In this document: positions 8,992-17,742 of the stretch, in pieces
Position numbering within the stretch: the first letter of the stretch is position 1
Layout: each line of letters opens with the position of its first letter
Origin: Ilumatobacteraceae bacterium
GTDB taxonomy: Bacteria; Actinomycetota; Acidimicrobiia; Acidimicrobiales; Ilumatobacteraceae
Direction of reading: 5' to 3'
Assembly: GCA_963732335.1 (NCBI GenBank)
Contig: CAVSZO010000067.1
Span: 1,288-65,287, forward strand
DNA: 64,000 nucleotides
Notes under the pieces: model-generated
What the model saw: the letters and a program-made list of their open reading frames with translations, nothing else
Databases searched by the model: none
What the model was told of the DNA's origin: nothing
Made by a program: the position numbers and the translations under genes

Positions 8992-10239
8992 CGACGCGAC
9001 CCGACCTCGCCGGCTACCGGGAGGATGTGCAGGGCGTGGCTCGCCGCCCACCTCGAACCGCTCGAGACCGGCGACGAGCTCGCGGCGGCGCCGTGGGGGG
9101 TCGACGAGCACGACGTCTCGGTCTTCCACGATCTGTCGTTCGAGGAGGAAGCGCGCCTGCTGACCGAGCTGATGACCTGGCAGCAGACCAAGTTCGACGC
9201 CGGCTACGGCGCCATCTCATGGCCGGAAGAGTTCGGTGGCGCCGGGTTGCCCGTCGAGTACGAGCGGGCGTTCGCCGACGAGGAGCGCGGGTTCAGGACG
9301 CCCCGCCCGCATGAGACGTTCTCGGTCACGGTGCGACTGATCGCGCCAACCGTGCGTCTCTTCGGATCCACGGCGCAGCAGGCGACGTTCGTCCGCCGCT
9401 TCCGGCGCGCCGAGGAATTGTGCTGCCAGCTGTTCTCCGAGCCGGGCGCCGGCTCCGACCTCGCCGGCCTCGCCACCCGCGCCGTGCGCGACGGAGACGA
9501 GTGGGTGGTCAACGGCCAGAAGGTCTGGAGCTCTGGTGCCCGGTTCGCGCCGTGGGGAGAGCTGATCGCACGAACCGACCCGGACGTCCCGAAGCATGCC
9601 GGCATGACGGCGTTCATCGTCCCGATGGATGCGCCCGGGGTGGAGGTGCGGCCGATCCGGCAGATGTCGGGTGGGGCGTCGTTCAACGAGGTGTTCTTCA
9701 CCGACGTGCGCATCCCCGACGGGCTCCGCCTCGGCGATGTCGGCGCCGGGTGGAAGGTCGCCCTCACGACGCTCGGGTTCGAGCGGGGCGACCGCACGGC
9801 GGTCGGAGTCGGCGGCAGCTGGGCACAGGTCCGTGATCTCGCCCACTGGTTGGGGCGCAGCGACGACCCGCTCATCCGGCAAGCGCTGGCCGAGCTGTAC
9901 GCCAGCCGCCGCATCACGGAGCTGGTGTGGCAGCGCTCGACCGTCGCCTCCAACGGGGGCGCGCCCGGCCCGGAGGCGTCGATCGGGAAGCTGCGTTGGA
10001 CGAACGACCTGACGCGCACGTCGGAGATCGTGTCCATGCTCCTCGGCCCGCGGCTGGCGGCGGACACCGGTGAGTGGGGCACGTTCTCCTGGAACGCCCA
10101 CGTCCTCGGCGCGCCGGGCTATCGCATCGCCGGTGGGTCCGACGAGATCCAACGCAACATCATCGGCGAGCGGGTGCTCGGTCTCCCCGCCGAGCCGCGA
10201 GTCGACCGAGACATCCCGTGGCGGGACAGCCGGCGATGA
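8988..10239 (+). CDS. Acyl-CoA dehydrogenase (frameshift near 9030)
   Basis: CQLFSEPGAGSDLA, NGQKVWSS, FNEVFF, GGSDEIQRNIIGERVLGLP. Confidence 0.92.
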
Positions 10240-11021
10240 GTCGAACGGGCGACTGGCTGGCCGGCGGGCGCTCGTCACCGGCGGCGCGAGCGGTATCGGT
10301 CGCGCCAGCGTTCTTCGCCTCGCCGCCGAGGGTGCCAGCGTCGCCGTCGTCGACGTGCGGGCGGGAGCAGCCGATCCAGTCGCCGAGGAGGTGACGGCGG
10401 CAGGCGGCCACGCCATCGCGCTGACGTGCGACGTCCGCGACGAAGCGTCGGTCGAGGCCGCAACTCGTGCGGCCGCCGACGCCTTCGGCGGGTTGGACAC
10501 GGTGGTCGCGTGCGCGGGCATCACGGCGACGGGCGCCACTCACGCCGTTGGCGCTCGCCGACTGGCAGCTCGTCATCAGCGTGAACCTCACCGGCGTCTT
10601 CCTCGTCGTGAAGCATTCGCTCGCCCACCTGCTCGATGCCGGCGGCGGGGCCATCGTCACGATCGGCTCGACGGCTTCGCTCGTCGCCGCTGGGCGCACC
10701 GCCAGCTACGACGCTTCGAAGGGCGGCGTCCTGCAGTTCACACGCGCCGTCGCCGTCGAGTACGTCGACCAAGGGATCCGGGCCAACTGCGTGTGCCCAG
10801 GCGTTGTCAGCACCGGCCTGGCCACCCATAGCCGCGCACTCGACGCGCCGTTGGAGACGGGTGACGGCGTGCCCGGACCGTCGGGGCGGCTGCGGGTGCC
10901 GATGTCCCGCGCCGCCGATCCGTCGGAGATCGCCGCGGTGGTGGCGTTCCTGTGCTCCGACGAGGCGTCGTTCCTGACCGGAGCAGCGATCCCCGTCGAC
11001 GGCGGCTACACCGCGATCTGA
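10236..11021 (+). CDS. SDR family oxidoreductase (frameshifts near 10250 and 10545)
   Basis: TGGASGIG in one frame; YDASK and PVDGGYTAI in another. Confidence 0.85.
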
Positions 11022-11025
11022 CTGA

Positions 11026-11836
11026 TTGGAGCCAGCCTTGTCCAGCGATCTCGGCGACCCGATGCCAGCAGCGTTGGCCGCCTACTACTCCGACCTCGAC
11101 GCCGGCCGCATGAAGGAGGCCGTCGAGCACTTCTCGACCGACACCGTGTTCGCCCTCCCGCCGGCCGATGGCGTCGAAACTGGCCCGCGCCGGCTGCGCC
11201 ACGGGCGGGATGAACTGCTCGGGTGGTTCGAGGAGCGTGGGCCCCGGGCGTACGTGCACCTCATTCAGCTCTGTGTTGATGAAGGCGCCGGCTGCCTCGT
11301 GGAAGGCGTCGGCGTGGAGACGACGACAGGTGAAGCGTTCGCCACGTTCGTCGCGAGCGTCCAACTCGACGACGACGGGCTCGTCGGCCGGTACCTCTCG
11401 TACATGACGGCCCCGGCCGTCTCACCGGCGCCGAGCGGGACGCATCCCGCACCGGCCGATGGCGCCGAGGTGCTCGCTCGATACTTCGAGGCGCTCGACG
11501 CAGGGTCGTTCAACGAGGCCGCCGCCCAGTTCAGCGCCGACGTCGTGTACTCGCACCCGCCCTACCGCCACACCGGAATCGACAGCGACGACCGGCTCGT
11601 GTTCCGTGGGCGTGACGAGCTCCGCGCCGCCTTCACAGCCAGGGGCAAGCAAGCACTTCGACCACCGCATCGTCGCCATCGGACAACGCGGTCCACATTG
11701 CCTCCTCGAGGGCGTGGTCGAGGGCCTGCCCGGCGACCGGAACGGAAGCTTCGTCTCCAGCCTGACGCTCGACGGGGACGGCCTCATACAGCGCTATGTC
11801 AGCTTCTACTGCGAGCCTGCGGTTCCCCGCCGCTGA
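11026..11836 (+). CDS. Tandem two-domain SnoaL/NTF2-like protein (frameshift near 11650)
   Basis: Two repeats: YYSDLDAG..FSTD..GRDEL..CLVEG..FVAS..LDDDGL..RY and YFEALDAG..FSAD..GRDEL..CLLEG..FVSS..LDGDGL..RY. Confidence 0.75.
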
Positions 11837-11851
11837 CCTACCCTCCGCGCC

Positions 11852-13054
11852 GTGGACGCTGCACAGCGATGGGCGAGCTGCGGGGCGATGTGGTTGACCG
11901 GACGGGCGGGCGGTCCCGCGCTCGGATGCTTCAGCGGCGTCACGGCGGTGATGGACCGTGCGGCGCGCACGCTGGGCGAGCTGACACGTCGAGCCGGTCG
12001 GGCGGTCGTGCTCGACGGACCGGCGCTGCTGGGCGAACGAGCCGCACTCTCGGGCCTGACGCGCCGAGGTGAGCAGAGTTGCGGCGGGTCGAGCCGGCTG
12101 CTGCGCAGCACCGACAGCTGGATCGCGATCTCGCTGGTCCGTCCCGCCGACGTCGAGCTGCTGCCCGCCTGGCTGGGCGTGGCCGCTTCCGCCGACCCGT
12201 GGCCGGCCGTCGCCAGCGCGGTGGCCACCCGAGCCGGTGCCGAGCTCGTTCAGTCGGGTGCCGAGCTCGGACTGGCCGTCGCGCGCCTGGGCGAGCGCCA
12301 GGACGACCGGGCTGCCGTCGTCGCCATCCGATTGGGCGAGGCGGCGCCCGCGACGCTCGATACCCGCCGGCGTGTCGTCGACCTCTCGTCGCTGTGGGCC
12401 GGGCCTCTGGCCGGGCAGCTGCTGGCTGCGGCCGGCATGGACGTCGTCAAGGTCGAATCGACCAAGCGACCGGACGGGGCGCGACAGGGGCCGGCGGCGT
12501 TCAACGATCTGCTCAACGCCGACAAGGCGTCCGTGGCGCTGGACTTCTCCACACGCGAAGGCGTGGGCGCGCTGCGCCGTCTGCTCCTCTCGGCGGACGT
12601 CGTGATCGAAGCCTCGCGACCCCGAGCGCTCGAGCAGCTGGGCGTGGACGCGGCCGAGATCGTGGCGACCGGTTCGACCCGGGTCTGGCTGTCGATCACC
12701 GGGCACGGGCGCACCGAGCCCCATCGACACCGTGTCGGCTTCGGCGACGACGCAGCGGTCGCCGGCGGCCTGGTCGCACGGGACTCACGGGGAGCGATGT
12801 TCTGTGCGGACGCAGTCGCCGACCCGGCCACCGGACTCCTCGGCGCGACGGCTGTCGTCGAGCGGCTGACGAGAGGCGGACGTTGGCTGCTCGACGCCGC
12901 CCTCGCCCGGACCGCTGCGCTGATGGCCACCGGCGAGACCGTGGCGTGGGAGGGCGAGGTTTCCCCACCTCGGTCCCGCTCGGTCGCCGGCAAGGCAGCG
13001 CCCCTCGGGCGAGACACACGGCGCGTCCTCGCCGCGCTCGGCGGCACGTCGTGA
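11852..13054 (+). CDS. Family-III (CaiB/BaiF) CoA transferase with rearranged domain order
   Basis: VVDLSSLWAGP..VVKVES..ADVVIEASRP occurs about 170 aa into the protein; start approximate. Confidence 0.85.
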   Translation: MDAAQRWASCGAMWLTGRAGGPALGCFSGVTAVMDRAARTLGELTRRAGRAVVLDGPALLGERAALSGLTRRGEQSCGGSSRLLRSTDSWIAISLVRPADVELLPAWLGVAASADPWPAVASAVATRAGAELVQSGAELGLAVARLGERQDDRAAVVAIRLGEAAPATLDTRRRVVDLSSLWAGPLAGQLLAAAGMDVVKVESTKRPDGARQGPAAFNDLLNADKASVALDFSTREGVGALRRLLLSADVVIEASRPRALEQLGVDAAEIVATGSTRVWLSITGHGRTEPHRHRVGFGDDAAVAGGLVARDSRGAMFCADAVADPATGLLGATAVVERLTRGGRWLLDAALARTAALMATGETVAWEGEVSPPRSRSVAGKAAPLGRDTRRVLAALGGTS

Positions 13055-14458
13055 ACGAGCGGCGGGTGCTCCGGCGAGCCGAGGTCGGCGACCGGCTCGC
13101 CGACGTCGTCATCGGCGGCGACCGGATCGTGGAGATCGTCGCGGCCGGGCGTGGCCACGGCGACGAGCTCGTCGACGCAGCCGGCGGGGTGTTGCTCCCG
13201 GGCCTGCATGACCACCACATCCACCTGCTGGCGCTGGCTGCCGCCCGCGCGTCCGTCGGCTGCGGCCCGCCCGGCGTGAACGATCGCGAGGCACTGGCCG
13301 CCGCGCTCGGGGCGGCTGACCGTGCCTCGCCTCGGGGTCAGTGGCTCCGAGGTGTCGGCTACCACGAATCGGTCGCCGGTGACCTCGACCGGCACGTCCT
13401 CGACGAACTCGTCGCCGAGCGCCCGGTGCGGCTGCAACACCGTTCCGGGCACGCATGGTTCCTCAACAGCGCCGCGCTCGCGGCGGCAAGGATCGACGGA
13501 ACGGAACACCCGCCGGGGCTCGACGTCGATGAGCAACATCGCCCGACAGGGCGCCTGTTCGGGCTCGACGGTTGGCTGCGCCCACGGGTGCCCTCGCCGG
13601 ATCCTGACCTCGCGTCGGTCGGCGCTGAGCTGGCGAGCTACGGGGTCACGGCGGTCACCGATGCCACACCGACCAGCGACGCAAGCGAGGTCGCGCTGCT
13701 CGCCGCCGCCGTCGCACGCGGTGAGTTGCCCCAGCGTGTCGTGCTCACCGGGAGCGTCATGTCTGGACGGCACGGCTGCGCCCGAGCTCGAGCGCGGTCC
13801 GGTCAAGGTGATCGTCGCCGACCACCATCTGCCCAGCCTGGACGAGCTCGTCGACTCGTACACGTCGGCGCGGGCGGGCGACCGCTGCCTCGCGGTGCAC
13901 TGCGTCACACGGACGGCACTCGTGCTGGCCCTCGCCGCGTGGGAGGTCGTCGGCACCCGGCCGGGAGATCGCATCGAGCACGGCGCCGTGATCCCACTCG
14001 AGCTCGCCGCCCGGATCGCCGAGCTCGAGCTGACCGTCGTCACCCAGCCGGGCTTCGTCGCCGAACGCGGCGACGACTACCTCCGCGACGTCGAGCCCGG
14101 CGACCGGGCGGACCTGTGGCGCTGCGCCACTCTCCGCGCAGCCGGGATCCCGGTCGGTGGGAGCACCGACGCTCCGTTCGGTCACCCCGACCCGTGGCGT
14201 GGGATCTCCGCCGCGATCGATCGCCGCACACGGGCTGGTGTCGTCCTCGGGCCGGCCGAGCGTCTCGACGCAACCGACGCCCTCGGCCTGTTCCTCACCC
14301 CGCTGGAACGTCCCGGCGGCGCACCGCGGCGTGTGGCCGTCGGCGAGGTTGCCGATCTCTGCCTACTCGCTCGCTCGCTCCGCGAGACGATGCGCGAGCC
14401 GAGCTCAGCGCAGGTGCGTCTCGTGTTGCGCGCCGGCTCGGTGATCCACGGGTCATGA
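13051..14458 (+). CDS. Amidohydrolase_3 (YtcJ-like) metal-dependent hydrolase (frameshift near 13760)
   Basis: LPGLHDHHIH, HRSGH..LNS.AL, AVHC, RIEH, GSTDAP motifs. Confidence 0.85.
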
Positions 14459-14469
14459 GGCACCGGCGA

Positions 14470-15465
14470 TCAGGTGTCGCTCACCTCGTCGACCAAGCCC
14501 CACTCGAGTGCCGTGACGGCGTCGATCCGCTGCGTGGTGAGCGCCAACTGTGCCGTGCGTTGTCGCCCGATCCGCGGCGGCAGGCTGGCGGTGCCGCCCG
14601 CTCCGGGCACCAGGCCGAAGGACAGTTCGGGTAGACCGAACACGGCGTCGCGGCTCGCCACGACTCGCCCCGCGAAGGCGGCCAGCTCCACGCCCGCACC
14701 GAGGCATGCGCCATGGACATGCGCGTCGACCCGATCGCCGATCCGTGCCAGCAGACGAGCCGCGCTGCGCGTGAGCCGGACGAGATGTGCGGTCACAGGG
14801 TCCGGGAACGTTCCGAACTCGGCCAGCTCACCGCCGCTCGAGAACGACGGTCCGGTGCCGGACAGGACGACACGTAGGTCAGGATCGGCGAGTGCCAGCC
14901 GGAGCGCGGCGACCAGGTCATCGCGCATCGCCGCCGAGTATGCGTTGTGTCGATGTGGTCGGTTCAGCGTGACCCGCAGCACGTCTCCGTCGACTTCCCA
15001 GCGAACCGGTGGCGCCGGATCCGGCGGCGCCGGGCTGGTCGACCGAACCGACAACCAGGACGCGAACTCAGGCCCGGCCTGCAGCATGGAATACGTCACC
15101 GACTCCGCCACCAGCGCGTCGTCGAGCGAACGACCGTCTCGCCCCCGCAGCAACAGCACCAGGGCAACGGCCGCGCGCGGCGTCGACGCGACCATCTGCT
15201 CGATCGCGTCGACGACCGCCGGATCGGATGCGACCACATCGAGTGACGTTCCCACGCTGCCCGGCGCGGCCGCCTCTCCGACACCGACGAGGACACACGG
15301 CAGCGACCGAAGCGCCGCCACCGATGCGATCGGGACGTCCGGAGCGCTCGCCAGGTCAACCACGACCAACGGTGAGTCGAGCGTCCCAAGCCCCTCGTGG
15401 TCCAGCGTCGCGCGCGTGACCAGTTCGTCGACGCTGATCGTCTGCCGAACGCCGGTCACTCGCAC
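14470..15465 (-). CDS. Crotonase/enoyl-CoA hydratase-like protein with rearranged helical domain
   Basis: TLNRPHRHNA..FSSGGEL..HGACLGAGVEL..LPE..GLVPGAGG..ALEWGLVDE at the very C-terminus. Confidence 0.87.
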   Translation of the reverse strand: MRVTGVRQTISVDELVTRATLDHEGLGTLDSPLVVVDLASAPDVPIASVAALRSLPCVLVGVGEAAAPGSVGTSLDVVASDPAVVDAIEQMVASTPRAAVALVLLLRGRDGRSLDDALVAESVTYSMLQAGPEFASWLSVRSTSPAPPDPAPPVRWEVDGDVLRVTLNRPHRHNAYSAAMRDDLVAALRLALADPDLRVVLSGTGPSFSSGGELAEFGTFPDPVTAHLVRLTRSAARLLARIGDRVDAHVHGACLGAGVELAAFAGRVVASRDAVFGLPELSFGLVPGAGGTASLPPRIGRQRTAQLALTTQRIDAVTALEWGLVDEVSDT

Positions 15466-15565
15466 CTCATCCTCACGCCCGACCGGCCGGCGGAGCGCGG
15501 CGACGGGTCGCGGGTCAACCGGCGCACCTCCACGCCCACAACGATGGCACCTCCGGCCGCGCCGC

Positions 15566-15614
15566 GTTCTGGGCGCGTTCTCAGACGTGGGCCGTCGGAG
15601 ATCGCGCCCAGATC
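15566..15614. repeat. REP-like palindromic element (GATCTGGGCG...CGCCCAGATC family)
   Basis: 22-bp imperfect inverted repeat (19/22) with a 5-nt loop; same termini at 40355 and 54238. Confidence 0.6.
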
Positions 15615-15625
15615 GACGGGAGCAC

Positions 15626-16717
15626 CTATGCCGCGCCGATGGCGCGCATGAGTAGGGGGAAGGCGACGCGCAGCTGTCGACTCCAGTACGGCCACGTGTG
15701 CGTCCCAGGCCCGTAGAAGTCCACAGTCACGTCGATGCCGCGCTCGTGAGCTCTCGCGACGAACTCCTGGTTGTGCAGCAGCAGAGCTGCTTCGAGCTGC
15801 GCAAGCAGGCCCGCAGGATCGGTTCCGGGAGGATCGAGCGGGCCAAGGTGGCCATTGCCGCAGGACACGAACAAAGCCATGCCGCGGAGGTTCTCGACGA
15901 GATCGGCCGGGTTGTGCGAAGCCCAGATGTCCGCCTGCTCCACGGGGTCGCCGAACAGCGCCGAGGGGTCGTAGCCCAGCGGTTGCAGGAACGTCTGCAT
16001 GAGCCAGGTCGGATAGGGCCCAGAGAAGATGGGCGCCACCGTCGGGTGGGTGGTATCGAGCACGCCACTGAACGCTGCTGCGGCGCGGAACAAGTCACGG
16101 TGTCGGCCCGCGTACGACATCGCACCGAAACCGCCCATCGACAGGCCTGCGATCGCGCGCCTGTCGCCCGCACCGAGACCCCGCTCGACGATCTGCCTGA
16201 GCTCGGTCAGATGGAACGTCTCCCACCCCGGCTTGTCGCCGGCGCCGTGGTTCCACCAGTCGGCGTAGAAGCCCAGGCGCCCCGCGTCGGGCATGACGAC
16301 CAGCACATCCGTGGATCGACTGAGGCGCTCAACGTCGCTCGACTCCGTCCAGTCCACATAGCTTCCGAGGCCACCATGAAGGAGATAGAGGACGGGCCAG
16401 GCGTCTCGCGATCGAGACGAGAAGCCACGTGGCAGCAGGACGCGCGCACCGGCGGTCTGACCGAGCGCAGCGGAGTCGATCGTGATGTCGATCGCACGAG
16501 AGTCGAGGACGTGTTGGGCGATCACCCGTGAGCCGTCATCTGCCTCAACTCCGATGAGGTCGGGTCAGCGCCGCTTGTCGGTGACCGCGAGCGCCTCGCT
16601 CGGCATCGTCGCGCCGGCTGCGACGGCGACACCGGTGGCCGAGGCCAACTGTAGGAAACGACGCCGGGCGAGACGCGTGCGCGTCCTCTCCTCGTCGTCG
16701 CGGGACACAACGTGCAT
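15626..16717 (-). CDS. Tat-exported antigen-85-like esterase (alpha/beta hydrolase) interrupted by an in-frame TGA at 16565-16567
   Basis: SD plus ATG at 16717, RRRFLQ Tat motif, ALA cleavage site; then VLYLLHG, GLSMGG, GTHTWPYW in the same frame. Confidence 0.8.
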
Positions 16718-16946
16718 GTGCTCTCCCCTCCCTTCCCCACTTGCCGCGCTGCGACATCCCGATCCCAGCAGCGTGAGATTCCTTCTGATGATTGCCGGCG
16801 CCTGTTCTACCGTTGGGAGGGCGGCGTGTCAACAATGCTCATGAGCAATTCGCGACACGGCGCCCCAGTTACCGTTGCACGGCTCATGTCTCGGGCATGG
16901 TGGCCGAACCCCCGATCGCGATGAGGAGCGAGATCGAGTCGAATGT

Positions 16947-16988
16947 CTCTTAATCCATTGGTTCAGGGTTCGAATCCCTGGGGGCGCA
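16947..16988 (+). mobile_element. 3' half of tRNA-Lys(CTT), attR-like attachment-site remnant
   Basis: CT-CTT-AA loop, TCCAT, T-arm CAGGG-TTCGAAT-CCCTG, acceptor strand GGGGCGC-A; no 5' half (D-arm or 5' acceptor strand) upstream. Confidence 0.82.
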
Positions 16989-17047
16989 CGGAAAGTACCT
17001 GCTAGATACGTCCAATCTGCCGAGACCCGGACTCCGGGGACGTCCAT

Positions 17048-17067
17048 GGTTGCTACCGGGTTGCTAC
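17048..17067 (+). repeat. Direct repeat GGTTGCTAC x2 (11-bp period), possible integrase arm-type sites
   Basis: Exact 9-mers at 17048 and 17059, 60 bp downstream of the tRNA fragment. Confidence 0.45.
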
Positions 17068-17371
17068 GGCGAGCGTGCGCAGCTCACACGTCGAGCTGCG
17101 GCCTCCGGAGTGTGCCAACGGCACGCTGCGGTTCTTGTCAGCTGACGAGGCGTTCTCCCACGTCAGCGGGTACGCCCCACCCGACCCTCTACGACGGCCC
17201 AGTTACCCGCCACAGCCTGCTGTGATTGGGAGGCTGTGGGAGGACAGTCGGCGACGGTCCGAGCACGACCGGCCGCGCAGCAGCCGAAGGCAAGCAGGTT
17301 CAGATGCACCCGATCGTGCGCTTGCAGCCCGCGACGTCGATCTCGCTGCATGCCGAAGTGTCCGGGCACTC

Positions 17372-17401
17372 TTGAAATAGTACTATCAGTTAGATAGATT
17401 G
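17372..17401 (+). promoter_or_regulatory. Promoter TTGAAA-N17-TAGATT; 28 bp identical to the inverted copy at 29327-29354
   Basis: GAAATAGTACTATCAGTTAGATAGATTG at 17374-17401. Confidence 0.8.
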
Positions 17402-17421
17402 GGCAGGGAGCGAGAAGGACG

Positions 17422-17733
17422 ATGAGGATGAGACCAGGAACACGGCTGCGCAGCGCCGTCGACGACACCGAGTTGATCGTCGTCAGGGGGTCCGACGATG
17501 ACGACATCGACCTGCGGTGTGGTGGCCATCCGATCGTCGAGCACAGTGGCGGACGAGTCGTCGGGGTCGAACCGGACCCGGCCCACAGCGACGGGACGCA
17601 GGTTGGCAAGCGCTACACCGATGCCGCCGCGACGATCGAGTTGCTGTGCACGAAGGGCGGCACCGGCAGCCTGTCGATCGGTGACGAACCGCTCGTGTTG
17701 AAGGACGCCAAGCCGTTGCCGAGCTCTGACTGA
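17422..17733 (+). CDS. Small conserved-looking hypothetical protein with two desulforedoxin-like repeats
   Basis: SD (AAGGA); internal repeat PGTRL..ELIVVRG..LRCGG / VGKRY..ELLCTKGG..LSIGD; 9 nt upstream of the ligase gene. Confidence 0.75.
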   Translation: MRMRPGTRLRSAVDDTELIVVRGSDDDDIDLRCGGHPIVEHSGGRVVGVEPDPAHSDGTQVGKRYTDAAATIELLCTKGGTGSLSIGDEPLVLKDAKPLPSSD

Positions 17734-17742
17734 GCGCTGGTC

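Noticed and set aside
12079-14634. Long alternative-frame and antisense ORFs (e.g. 851 aa at 12079, 689 aa at 29540, 613 aa at 31636)
   Set aside because: Arg/Ala/Pro-rich shadow ORFs expected in high-GC DNA; they overlap well-supported genes and only contain real sequence where a frameshifted gene passes through.
15461-15628. Repeated GCACCT hexamers as a regulatory array or CRISPR-like repeat
   Set aside because: Short, irregularly spaced and compatible with chance in high-GC DNA; no CRISPR array or cas gene was seen anywhere in the window.
16565-16567. Selenocysteine UGA in the esterase
   Set aside because: It lies in a linker after the signal peptide, not at a catalytic Cys position, and no convincing SECIS-like hairpin was identified.
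16915-16991. Intact tRNA-Lys gene
   Set aside because: No 5' acceptor strand, D-arm or 5' anticodon stem; only the 3' half is present and it ends ACGG, not ACCA.
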